A stretch of 64,000 nt of DNA from Podarcis muralis (Eukaryota): positions 30,132,001 to 30,196,000 of the forward strand of contig NC_135665.1 in the NCBI RefSeq assembly GCF_964188315.1, read 5' to 3'. The notes under the pieces are model-generated. The model was not told where the DNA came from, did no database searches, and saw only the letters and a list, made by a program, of their open reading frames with translations. A program made the position numbers and the translations under genes. Shown one piece after another: positions 1-20,096 of this stretch; position 1 is the stretch's first letter, and each line of letters starts with the position of its first letter.

Positions 1-2420
1 AAAGACCTTGCTGAGAGATAGATAATGCAGTAATATTTTTCATACTTTATTTCATTTATATATCCCCCTTCCTCTGAGGAGCTCAAGGCATTATACGTCA
101 TTCTCCCATGCCCATTTTATCCTCACAACAACCCTGTGAGGTAAGTTAGGATGACAAATTGACAGCACATGTCTGCTCAAGATTAAGTTAATTGAATTCA
201 ATGGGACTTACTTATTACTAGGTAACAGTGCAAAAGTTTGCAGCAGCCTTTGTGACTAGCCTGAGATTTATGGCTGAATGGGGTTTGGAACTCCAGTGGC
301 CTTAGCCCTGATCTGATCACTACACCATACTGGTTCTTAAGAGGAGAAAAATGCCCTTTCTCTAGTATATTTATAATGTTAACCTCTCACCACATGCTTT
401 TAAAATAAAAGATCTCTAAATGAAGGGTACAAAACATGTTGAAATGAAGATATGTGACTTTTAAAAAAGTCTCTTCTTTGAAGGATTCTCTGTAATTCAA
501 AATTGGCTAGATTTGCAATTATGAAGAGCTATTTGCATTTTGGTTATTATAGGTCCAGTGCTGTGTCCCTAGAGGAGCTCTTTGTATTAATCCCACCAGC
601 AACATCTATTCTTTACGGTGTCTGCATTCTAAAATCTTGTATCTTTTGTTATTCTAGCAGAACTTGGTAGGTAGCATCACCCCAGTGATACAGCATTAGG
701 GCTTTTCTTTCTTTTGGTCTGATAAAAAAATCTGAATCATTCAAAAGCCAGCTTTATTCATTTATTTTATTTATTTATTAAATTTGTATACCGCCCTTCA
801 TCCGTAGATCTCAGGGCAGTTCACAACAAAAATACAAGCTGAAAACATCTTAAAAACAAGAACAACAAAAACAAAAACATTTCAACATTTAAAACACAAA
901 CTGACATAACAGTAATAGCACCTCACTTGATAGCAGCTTACTTAGGTCCTTTGGAACTTCATGAAACTAGGAGAGTCTATTCACTACTGTCTTGTCCCTA
1001 AATTAAGGTCATTGAGGGATGCCAGTTATGTTTTACCACACTTCAATGACATCTGCTGTGTGGTAGCCTAAGAGAGGGCCTCCTCTGTGGTGGAGCCCCA
1101 GTTGTGGAATACCCTCCCTTTCAGGATATGGCTAGCACTAACATTTGAGTTTTTGTCACCAGCTAAAAACAGTATTGCTTAGATATTTGCTAAACAATTC
1201 TCTTAGTTATGTAGGTTATCTGAATTTGTTTTAATTACTATTGTACTTGGTGTGGTTCGTTTTTATCTGCCCTGTAATTTGAAGTCTGTTTATTTGTTTC
1301 AGTGTACTCTTCTGAGATTGCTAGATGATCAAACACAGCCTTAAATAAAATAAATACTCTATGAAACAGGAACGTTCTAAAATTTGGCATATTTCCTAAC
1401 AGTCATAGACATTCAGATGCCATGCTAAATAGTGTTTTAGGATGGCATTTATGAGCCTACCTTCCTTCCAGGTTTACATGCTTTCCCCTCCTATTTCCTC
1501 CTGTAGCCTGGAGGCGCTTAGAAGCTTAAATTTCCCTTTTTGCATCTAAACCACAGACCATAGTTTACCATTAAATATACCAACTTGAAATCATAGATTA
1601 TGAAGCTGGTTTGTTGAGACCAATTAATGCTAAACCACACAATGAAAAGTATCTAAGAAAATAAACACTTTCAGATTCTTGCGCTCAGTTGTGTGGGAAA
1701 ATCACAGAACTGTAGAGTTGGAAGGGACCAACCCCCTGTAATGAAGGACTATGCAGCTGTCCCATACGGGGATCATAACTGCAACCTTGGCTTTATCAGC
1801 ACCATGCTCTAACCAACTGAGAAGAGATATAGCACAGAAGATCAGGAGGAAGGTAGGCACATGCATGTCATGCTAAACCAAATGTGGCCATACACCCCCT
1901 AGTAAGATGAAGTATCGTTATGCTTAGTGTGGAGACATTTCAGTGTATCTTTGGGGATACTCATGGGTGTCTAGCTGTCTGGCATCATTAGACAAAGTTG
2001 CAGGTCATTCCAGGATAACAGAAAAATATGATAAAAATCAGGAATGGCATCAAGTCAATGATTGAAGAAACCGCTTGAAGCTGTTTAAAAGCTATCACTT
2101 AATGGAGGTGTTTTCACAAAATCATGTGTAAATAGTGTTTTCTATTTCATATAACTAGAATGAAAAATTATATTTACTAAGTATATAATCAAAATGCTGT
2201 AGCTCACTTTCTGTACATTAGGTTGTATCCAAGGGTAGTCATAATCAGGGCAGACCGCTTAAAATTAATAAACATAGCTAGCTTTGCTTTTCACCTGAGC
2301 TTTTGGTCATTCATGTGTGGGTTTTCAAGTATTTGTGGCCTTTTTTAGTAGGCAGGATCTATAAGCCCTGTTGTTGTTTTAATACTTACCCTATGCATTT
2401 GCCCTTTTTTTTAAATCCAG

Positions 2421-2749
2421 GCCAAGGATTTGATCGCCATTTATTTGCCTTGAAGTACCTTGTCCAGCGCAGAGGTGGACGTATGCCTGATATTTATAAT
2501 GACCCAGCCTACAAAAACATAAACCATATTATAATTTCAACTAGTACATTAGGCAGTGAAGCAATTAATCATGGTGGGTTTGGACCAGTTGTGCCAGATG
2601 GTTTCGGAGTTGGATATAACATGTTTGAAGATTGGGTAGGAAGTATTATAACTAGCTATTTAGAAAAAGACTCAGAAGAACTTATAAAATACCTCGAATA
2701 TACATTGAATGATATATATGATGTCTTAGAAGGAAGAAGTCTTAAATAG
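2421..2749 (+). CDS. Terminal coding exon of a carnitine O-palmitoyltransferase 2-like (CPT2 family) gene; upstream exons lie outside the window
   Basis: Acceptor ttttttttaaatccag at 2420, phase 1. Translation (G)QGFDRHLFALKYL...DPAYKNINH...STSTL...GGFGPVVPDGFGVGY...LEGRSLK* matches the CPT2 C-terminus, and the boundary matches the start of the last CPT2 exon (G|GQGFDRH). Only about half the residues match human CPT2 as I recall it, so probably a paralogue. Confidence 0.88.
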
Positions 2750-5001
2750 TATCAAATTTTCTATTATATGGAGCTAGCAAAATAATGATGCAAAATTAAA
2801 TATATATATATTGTGCAGAGGACTATGAAATGCAACAGTTAGAAAATAAACATTGTAGAAAACAAAAATTTCAGACAATGGTTAAAGTAGTTCTATGTCA
2901 ATGTCAGTATACTAATACTGTAATTTCTTGTTCTTATTGTATATTATTGTTACTACTATTAATGATTTTATAGTAAACATTTTTTATGCAATATTTTTTC
3001 CATTGATTGTATTCACTGCTGCTCATCTAGGGAAATCATATTGTGCTGAAGAGTATATAATTTTGAGACTAATCCCAAACACTGCAAAACCAAGCAATAT
3101 ATATGCTGGTGTTTATATGTGTCACCCAGTCAGCCCGCTCTCAAAATGCTTCCTTCCCTCCCATTCTCAAGTGTAGGAAAATATGTATATACATTTTAGC
3201 ATGCAGAGTCTGCACTGCATCATATTATAATTTCAAGGAACTTTCCCTTTCTTATATGCACATCAACATGGGAGCAAGGAGCAGATCTGAGTAGCTCTGC
3301 CCCTGATGTCCCCTGCTCCTCCACTCAGACTCTTAAGTCAGCATGACTATCTGAATGGAGGGGAAATGCGGGTCTTCTGGGGAGGAGTGATGGCAGACTA
3401 GTTGTTGATTGCTGACACTCACATTGGCAGAGATAATTATGTGGTGATTAAAGGTAATCAAGATGTAAGTCTTGGTTACCAAACTCCCTGAATGGAGGGG
3501 AACTTCACAAGTATGTACAGGTTGTGTGTGTGCAGTTTGTTATACCACATCAGTTAGAAAAGGATATAAAAATCCTCCCGCATTTTTCTCTCAATAAACC
3601 TAATCCTATTATAACAGTCCTAGTAATTTGCATGAATTCCCTTTAAAAAGAACTGGGACAGGAGTTTAGGGATGATTCCTGGAGAAGCATGGGGTGGTGA
3701 GGAGGGGCTCCAACAGAGAACTACTTGTTGTAGCTGTTGATTAATCAAATCACACTGTTAAGTCTTGTCTCAACTTATTACTCGTAGAGGATTCCATTTA
3801 TACTTAATATTTCTTCAATAAAAGCCATGTTACTGACTTACAAAGAAGAAAGATAGCCAGTGCAAAAATGGAGTAAAACAACACTTAAATAAAAGCGAAG
3901 TGGTGTCTGCAAGGCTCATTTTATAAAAAGTAGCTTTCAGTGAAATAACAGTCACCCAGTAGACGTGATAAAGCTTACAAATCCTAAAAGCTACTGAATA
4001 GTTTGCAGAGACAGAAAAGGAACACACACTAAAAGCAATTGATTAATCTGTGTACAGAGAAAACTAGCCAGTTTAAAGTGCACAGGTCACAAGTTAGAAC
4101 TGTTAAGAAAGTAAACAATTAACGACATAACTTGCCGAGCAGTCAAAATAAACAGACCAGAACACAATGGGATATTTTCCTCCTTTGCATCAATGGAGAT
4201 TTCTGCCACATGGAAAGCAATGGAAAAGAATATCCAGATTTTTGACAGATGAAATATGCATGTTTAGTTCTAGTAATCCCACTGACATGCAGGCCGAGAC
4301 CTAACCTAGATGTATATTTCCGATACCGGTGAAGTATGAATCCTGAATTTCATCTAGTAAGAAATAGAAAAAGGGGTAGTAATCAATTGTTGGGGATAAT
4401 TGGGCTTTGACAGAGACAGCAGCCACTGCAGATATTCAGTATTGGACCCTCAGAGAAAGTAATTTATATATGTAATTTGGGACTCAGTCTGGTACTACTT
4501 CCCGCCCCCGCCCCATATCAGGCTTTGAAATTAGTGTGAGAACATTTTAAGCAGTGGATTTCTTTTGCAACATCGATGGCATTTGTTTCTGGCAGTTAAC
4601 ACACAGCAGCAGCTTCTGCATTCTGGACCAACTTAAGTTTCCAAACTATCTTAATGGGCAGCCCATGTATTGTAGTGCATCAAGAGGTGATGAGGGCATG
4701 CATAACTGTGGCAAGACCTTGTCTCTGTGGGACAGATTCCCTGCATAATTCAGGAGTACCCACTGTTGCTCAGACACAGACCACTTAGTCCAAAATTGGA
4801 GTTAAGAGTATGATGTGAGGACCTTTAAAAGTAGGATCCTCACTACTGCCTCTTTCGTACTAGCGGGAACAGTTTCTCCCAGAGAAGTATTGGTTAGATA
4901 CAACAGGGATGGGGAATCTCGGGTCCAACGGCTGAATGTGGGTCCCTTGGTCTCTACCCAGCAGCCAGAACTCTCCCCAGCCACACACCCTCTCCCTAGA
5001 C

Positions 5002-5209
5002 CAGGGGTCTGCAACCTTTAAGACAAAAAGAGCCACTTGGACCGAAGGAAAAAAAACTGGGAGCCGCAAAACCATTGTGACATTTAAAACAGTGGGGAGT
5101 GTCGGGGCACACAATGCACCTCCTCCCCTCACTAGTATCCGCCCCGGAGCCGCGGCAAAGATGTAAAAGAGCCACATGCGGCTCTGGAGCCGCGGGTTGC
5201 TGACCCCTG
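5002..5209. mobile_element. hAT-type MITE (208 bp)
   Basis: TIRs CAGGGGTCTGCAACC / GGTTGCTGACCCCTG; exact 8-bp TSD CCCTAGAC at 4994-5001 and 5210-5217. Confidence 0.85.
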
Positions 5210-5829
5210 CCCTAGACTAGTCCTCACCAACCCTGATCTGTACCTTTTCCAGGTACATTTACTGTTTTAATGAACAACCTGGCAGAACAAAAGCTCCTTT
5301 TGATTTTAGTCCTTCGAAAGAGGGAGTTTGAACAAAGTATAGGTGTAGTAGGATTTATAATTTTTTTCTCTACATTGCTGGAAAGGTAATTTAGCAAACA
5401 TATTTTATCAGATACGATTTATAATTGCCAAAGGGAACCTAGAGTATGCCATGAAAGTATTACGCACTACAGCTACACGTACTGTAATATTAGAAGCGTA
5501 ATGTGAAATTTGCAGCTATTGGCCACAATCCAGTACTAAGCAGGACTGCAAAAAAACACCTAACTCAATGGCTATGTACATATTACCAGCTAAAAATGCT
5601 GCTACATCATTTGTTTTCTCAATTCGGATTGAAGTTGGTTTAGGGGGGAAAGCATCAAAACATAGTATTTTATTAAAAACAACAGAATAGATACAGGGCA
5701 GATATAGACTGTGGCTAACATGTGAACATTGCTTCCCAAACCAGCGGTGGGAGCACCCTTGATGCAATGTAAACAGAAATGTGTGCACATCCTGTTTGTC
5801 CCCCATGTCTTCAGCAAATGGATTCCAGG

Positions 5830-6312
5830 AATGGTGTAATAACAGTTTATTTCATCGGCCGTGTGAGGAGGGCACTGCCTGTCTAATATGTCCTAGCAAG
5901 AATTGGAACGAAATATATAATTAGTGCCTTTCCAACCAATCTTTTTTTTGTCAGTGTAGAAAAAATATATGCAGTTACGTGCAGTAACAGTACAAACATA
6001 TAAACATCTAAGTTCTATTAAGCTAAATATAACCAACTTTCCTGAGTAGATATGCATAAGTCTGCATTCTCAGTATCTCAAAGCATACAATTGATAAACA
6101 GAAAAATAAATTGTAATATTAATATACCCAAGGCAGAGTAGGCCACTAAATTTTCTTAAAGTAAAACACACACATTCCATCCAACATTCAGTGTACTCTG
6201 TTTTAAAAGTCAAGGGAGGGGACTTTGGAACTTTTCATTCATTCTGAAACAGAATTCTAAGAATGTTAGGTACTATATAACCCAGAAACCAGAGCATTTT
6301 TTCCACCTTGCT
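5830..6312 (+). repeat. Segmental duplicate of 12985-13473 (region upstream of SPATA9 exon 1)
   Basis: Both copies start AATGGTGTAATAACAGTTTATTTCA and end TTCCACCTTGCT; collinear with scattered substitutions and small indels. Confidence 0.92.
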
Positions 6313-6545
6313 TTTTGGACAGGATCAGTCAAAGGAAGCCATGAGTGTCTTTAGGAAAATAATAGGAATTGTGACATACATACATAGGCAGCTATTTTGC
6401 TGTCAAAAATTCCAAAATAGCCTTGTAATTATCAACTAATAAAAATCTTAGTCATTCTTCAACTTTTTAACATTGCTTTTACTACTTTAACAATTAAAGG
6501 GGAAAGGTAAAGGGACACCTGACCATTAGTTCCAGTGGAGACCGA
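6313..6545. repeat. Left arm of an approximately 230-bp inverted repeat (partner 8915-9148)
   Basis: TTTTGGACAGGATCAGTCAAAGGAAG...AATTAAAGGGGAAAGGTAAAGGGAC is the reverse complement of 8915-9148; few mismatches in the unique part. Confidence 0.9.
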
Positions 6546-6814
6546 CTCTGGGGCTGCAGCACTCATCTCTATAGGCCAAGGGAGGTGGCATACAGCTTCC
6601 GGGTCATGTGGCCAGAGTGACTAAGCCACTTCTTGCGAACCAGGGCACCGCACGGAAATGCCGTTTACCTTCCCGCCGGAGCGGTACCTATTTATCTACT
6701 TGCACGTTGACGTGCTTTCGAACTGCTAGGTTGGCAGGAGCAGCGACCGAGCAACGGGAGCTCACCCCGTTGCGGGGATTTGAACCGCCAACCTTTTGAT
6801 TGGCAAGTCCTAGA
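6497..6814 (+). mobile_element. Sauria-type SINE
   Basis: AAAGGTAAAGGGACACCTGACCATTAG head; GCGGTACCTATTTATCTACTTGCAC...CGAACTGCTAGGTTGGCAGGAG body shared with five other copies in the window. Confidence 0.85.
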
Positions 6815-7340
6815 ATGCCCTAGGTTGGCGGTTCAAATTAATTTAGTTCCTTCTTAAAAAGAATAATGACCCAGCAGTCTTCCTTTTAAAAGTAATGATA
6901 AAGTTTGCTTACATGCAGTTCACTGTATGGTCCTGAAGGCAGGCTTTATCTAGTAGGAATAAGGCGGAAAAGGGAAGATGGCTGCATGACCAGCCCTTTT
7001 GTAGGGTCTGCTAGGGTCACGCCACTCATTTCCTCTGTTCCCCTGGTAAGGGAATTTCAATGGGAGGAGCACGTTTTGGAAGCTAAGCCTGCTGAAATTC
7101 ATCTAGAAAACTGTTAAAGGTACATGAGCCTTGTCCTCTTTCACATCTGACCACATCACTTTCCCTCTTTCCCAGACACATAATGCATACTTAAGGTGAA
7201 ATCTGGAATTTTCATGTGATCCCGAATGCTCTACCGAATGCTCTAGATCTTAATGCATCAAACTGTCCTCCCCCCCCCCCCCGAGTACCGTAATTTGACT
7301 ATTTTTTTTCTCTCCCTCCTTGTATTGACTTATTTTTCAG

Positions 7341-8340
7341 GACGGCAATCGCACTGTTCAGGAGTCTAGGTCTGTTGTGGCGAGAGTGTTTTCTTCCGCT
7401 CATGCAGTAATGATTAGGCATGGGCTAGCTCATCTCTCCCGCTCTTCAAAATCAATTGCTAAATTCGTGCAGCCACACCTTATTCAAAAATTGGCAGAGC
7501 TGCATAGGGTATCACATGGTCTCTTTCCGAAACTGAATGCTCCCAAACAACCTCTTTATAAATTGAAGGTAGGCAATGAGTGTGACTGCTCCATCTCATA
7601 TTTTCTTTTCTTTTTTAAAAAAAATATTTTATTAGGAATTTCAACATAACCATCTCATATTTTCTAAGTGAGTTCTAAGTGAGTGTGTGAGGGATTTTCC
7701 CCAAGTCCCCCCGCCCCAATAATTTGTCTGGGGCAGCAGCGATAGTGTGTGGGCGCACAGAGAGTTAGCAAACCACATCAGGAGCTCTGCATGGAAATAT
7801 TTAGGAACTGTCTAGCATGTGAACATTAGATTGTTATCAATGTTGAGCTTTATGTCCCATTGATTTAAATAAGGAAGATATAAGCAAGTTCTTAACTCTC
7901 CCGTTCAAACCAAAGGAACTTAAAAGTGCTAAACTTTGAAAGGATCATGCATACAAAACTGCAATATGGCAGAAGAATCCCTTGACTATGAATCCCAGCT
8001 TGGTGTAGTGGTTAAGAGCAGTGGTCTTGTAATCTGTGAACTGGATTCGTTTCCCCGCTCCTCCACATGCAGCTGCTGGGTGACCTTGGGCTAGTCATAC
8101 TTCTCTGAAGTCTCTCAGCCTCACTCACCTCACAGAGTGTTTGTTGTGGGGGATGAAGGGAAAGGAGATTTTTAGCCGCTTTGAGACTCCTTAAGGGGAG
8201 TGAAAGGCAGGATATCAAGTCCAAACTCTTCTTCTTCTCTACAGGAAAAATCCATGTCCCTTTATGATGTCCTTTCCTATCCAATGAAGACCGCCCTCAC
8301 TGGTGTAATGTGCATTTCTTATGCAGCACTAATTTATTTG
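7341..8340 (+). pseudogene. SPATA9: Partial SPATA9 duplicate: exon 3 (7341-7568) and exon 4 (8245-8340) only
   Basis: Duplicate of 15910-17856 (16323-16799 is absent from this copy). Both exons are open with intact AG/GT sites. I found no copy of exons 1, 2 or 5 nearby. Confidence 0.8.
8000..8240 (+). mobile_element. tRNA-derived SINE (Squam3-like) with (CTT)n tail
   Basis: TGGTGTAGTGGTTAAGAG A-box-like head, GGTGACCTTGGGCTAGTCA core, tail CTCTTCTTCTTCT. Confidence 0.8.
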
Positions 8341-8524
8341 GTAGGTTAGTAAATACTGTTCTTTCTGATCCTTCTTGTTTCGTGCTTCCCCTTCCCTTCA
8401 GCAAAGAATTGAAGCCATGCATTATTCTTCCATTACTGTGCACCCTTTTAGTGCACATTACCAATGCCCAGCTGTAGTTGGCATGCTAGCTGTGACCATT
8501 CCTCGACCAACATTGCCTACCTAC

Positions 8525-8757
8525 AGTAGAAGAAGAAGAGTTTGGATTTGATATCCCGCCTTTCACTCACTTTAAGGAGTCTCAAAGCGGCTAACATTCT
8601 CCTTTCCCTTCCTCCCCCACAACAAACACTCTGTGAGGTGAGTGGGGCTGAGAGACTTCAAAGAAGTGTGACTGGCCCAAGGTCACCCAGCAGCTGCATG
8701 TGGAGGAGCGGAGACGCGAACCCGGTTCCCCAGATTACGAGACTACCACTCTTAACC
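8525..8757 (-). mobile_element. tRNA-derived SINE (Squam3-like), inverted relative to 8000-8240
   Basis: GAAGAAGAAGAGTTTGGA...CCAAGGTCACCCAGCAGCTGCATGTGGAGGAGCGG...CTCTTAACCA, the reverse complement of the same family. Confidence 0.8.
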
Positions 8758-8914
8758 ATATTTAATTCAAAGTAATCTCTTAGAGTCCTTTGGGCCTTGC
8801 CAATCACCTGTTCATTCCTCAACAACTCATCATTCATCCTCCATCTGAAGGAACCCTGCGGACATCATTTCATTTCCAAAAACACTGCATTATGATGAGA
8901 GCAAGTCTTAGGAG

Positions 8915-9148
8915 TCGGTCACCAATGGACCTAATGGTCAGACGTCCCTTTACCTTTCCCCTTTAATTGTTAAAGTAGTAAAAGCAATATTAAAAAGTTG
9001 AAGAATGACTAAGATTTTTATTAGTTGATAATTACAAGGCTATTTTGGAATTTTTGACAGCAAAATAGCTGTCTATGTATGTATGTCACAATTCCTATTA
9101 TTTTCCTAAAGACACTCATAGCTTCCTTTGACTGATCCTGTCCAAAAG
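8915..9148. repeat. Right arm of the inverted repeat (partner 6313-6545), including a truncated Sauria SINE 5' end
   Basis: Direct reverse-complement match to 6313-6545. Confidence 0.9.
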
Positions 9149-11324
9149 GCATTTAGTTTCACAGTATTTTGTCTTTTAACTCGCTCTTCCAGTATGTATG
9201 CATTACTGTACAGAGCTTTCCTATGGGCTTGGTTTAAAAACAAAGTTCAATCGTACACTAGAAAATGGTTTCAGAACTCTGAACTCCAGAGAACTGTCAT
9301 CAAATTAAGGGCAGTGCAGGAATTTGGTTATTTTCTTTTCCTTCTCAATTGTCCTTGTCAGTCAGCTAGCCACATACTGTATAGGAAGGGCAGATTGCTC
9401 CCAGCAGCTCCACCTACACAGCAGTGAGTGCCAGGCTTATCCCAAACTACTGTGTAAAAGGGGCTTTGTTGCTCACAAACTCTTTCCTGTGCACAGTTTC
9501 TCGCTACTGGAAGAAAAGGGCTCTGTTTGCAGCTAGGAGAAAAGGGCAGATTTCTTTACTTAGCAAAAACCCCAGACCGGATTAAATGTTACAGATATGT
9601 GTGGTTTCTGCTGCTGCTGCTGCTGTTTATCCTTTGTGGTGGCATAACTTTTGAAAGCTTTTACAGCATCTCTGCATCAGTTCCAGCACCTACCAGGGAT
9701 TTGCAGTGTTTGTGCGAGGTTGGCAAACACAGTAGGATGGGTTTTTTAATACTACATCAGCCACATAGAAGGGCGCCACATGGTATTGCTTTGCACTTAG
9801 ATAGGCCATCATCCAGGGGTACCAACTTGAATAAAATATTGCGTAGGCTCAGGTAAGCCCTCCCTGCATAATCGATCACATGGTGTGGTGCATGCATACC
9901 ATTTGAATGGCAATGCCCATCAACATTTGGGTCTGGGGGCGGTCCTCTCAAATATTTTATGGGGAGTGGCGAAGGGACCCCGGCCTCTAGGAGTTGGCTC
10001 CTTTGCCATCATCAGTTGCCAGAGTTTCCAAGGACCAGGAGAAAGCAATCTGAAGACCTGTCAACCACTTGTTGGCAAGGGAGAAAATGCAGTATGTGGC
10101 ACATAAGAAACTACAATTTGTTCCCTGTCTTGCTTTTAGCCTTGCCTTCTGCATTTTCAGCAAAAGTTTCATAAGTATTTCAACAGACCTTTGTGATGCA
10201 TGCATATCATCTAGAAACAAAACTGACAAACTAAGAGTTAAATACTTGCATTCCTCAGAGCATGGCTGTACCTAGCTAATATGCATAACTGAGTAATTGC
10301 ACATCTATCAAGACAAGAATAAGCATGAAAAAATGCCAGTGTGTCAAATCCTTGAGCATCATATCGTGAAAGTGAAGCCATTATCAGAGAAGGATTATGT
10401 GTCTCTGTGTTAAAGATGAGTGATAGACTTCTCTAAGTCATGGTCCTCCATCCTCTGGCAAGCAATTTCACCCTTTTCTGGAGTACATTCCACCAATTTG
10501 GACTGCCCAGGTGTTTATCACTGCATTAGCTTACTGTATCTCTCTCACTCACACACCCACACCACGCCCCTACCCTCTCTCCCTACAGCCACATAGAAGT
10601 ATGCCTAGTATTCTGCCACAACACACACCAATTGCACTCTTCTCCTTGCCTGTCAAGAGAGGCATGGCAAACTACCAAGGAGTTCAGCTTTTCCAGGATA
10701 TACCTTCAGCACAGTCAATTTGGCCCAAAAGCAGCCTGTCACTTCCAGATGATACATGGCTGAGCTGGCCTCTAGCCGAGTTGCATTAGGCAGAAGCTGG
10801 GCTCCCTCCTGCCGCCCTCCTGCCTCACTTACAGGCAGATCTATGCACTGCTAAATAACTGCACAGCTGGAACAGCCTTAGGGAATTCTTGCAGGAACCA
10901 ATATGAACTTTGGCGATCATTTTGAGAAGGATTGGATTAAGCGCGAGAAAAAGAATCAAAGACTCCCAACAATAACAAATCATATTAGCATACAAGCACA
11001 ACATCTCCAATTATATTGATAACATTTGTACATCATAATACTTTTAAAACATCATTTTATATTCTGGAAGCGAGAGACACTTCTGAAGGCTGGATCAATA
11101 TAAATCGTCTAACATTTTGATTACTGGCAAAATTAATCTATTATAAGCACACTATACTATATTCTTCTCAAAGGCACAAATACTTCTCTGATCAACTCCC
11201 TTTTTAGAGAGACTGGAACTCAGTTTCATATCATCACTCAGAAGCTGAATGCTCTTTAGACAGCAAGGGTAACATTCACATTTGCTGTTATTTTAAAGCC
11301 ATTTACTATGAAGCACAGAAGATG

Positions 11325-19714
<8,390 letters not shown>

Positions 19715-19855
19715 ATTCTAAAAGCAAGAGAAAATGCACTATATTACTTAATATGACTGTCAGAAATAACCATGTTGAGGAAAGAAAATCACAACCATTT
19801 ATAGCTGAACAGTAGGCTGGTGCACAAAGAACTTTCACTGCAAACAAACGATATA

Positions 19856-20096
19856 CAGTGGGACCTCAGTTTACAAACTTAATCCGTTCCAGAAGTCTGT
19901 TCTTAAACCAAAACCGTTCTTAAACCGAGGCGTGCTTTCCCTAGTGAGATCTCCGGCTGCCAGTGCCCTTCCACCGTTCGGCTTCCATTCTTAGACCAAG
20001 GTAAAGTTTGCAAACTGGGACACTACTTCCGGTTTTGTGGAGTTCGTAAACGGAATAGTTCGTAAACAGGGCTGTTCTTAAACCGAGGTACCACTG
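19856..20096. mobile_element. Tc1/mariner MITE (related TIR, different internal sequence)
   Basis: TA|CAGTGGGACCTC...CCGAGGTACCACTG|TA. Confidence 0.82.

Noticed and set aside
6608-6799. Recurring short ORFs such as ...RSGTYLSTCTLTCFRTARLAGAGTEQ... (also 22258, 37316, 42674, 53998, 56038)
   Set aside because: Translations of Sauria SINE copies, not a protein family.
8012-8775. ORFs ...LSLPLRSLKAANILLSLPP...CMWRSG (also 17639)
   Set aside because: Translations of Squam3-like SINEs.
9150-11300. Searched for a remnant of SPATA9 exon 5 or other exons (ORFs 9527-9856, 9757-9951)
   Set aside because: No similarity to 18623-18865 by eye and no recognisable protein or convincing splice pattern.
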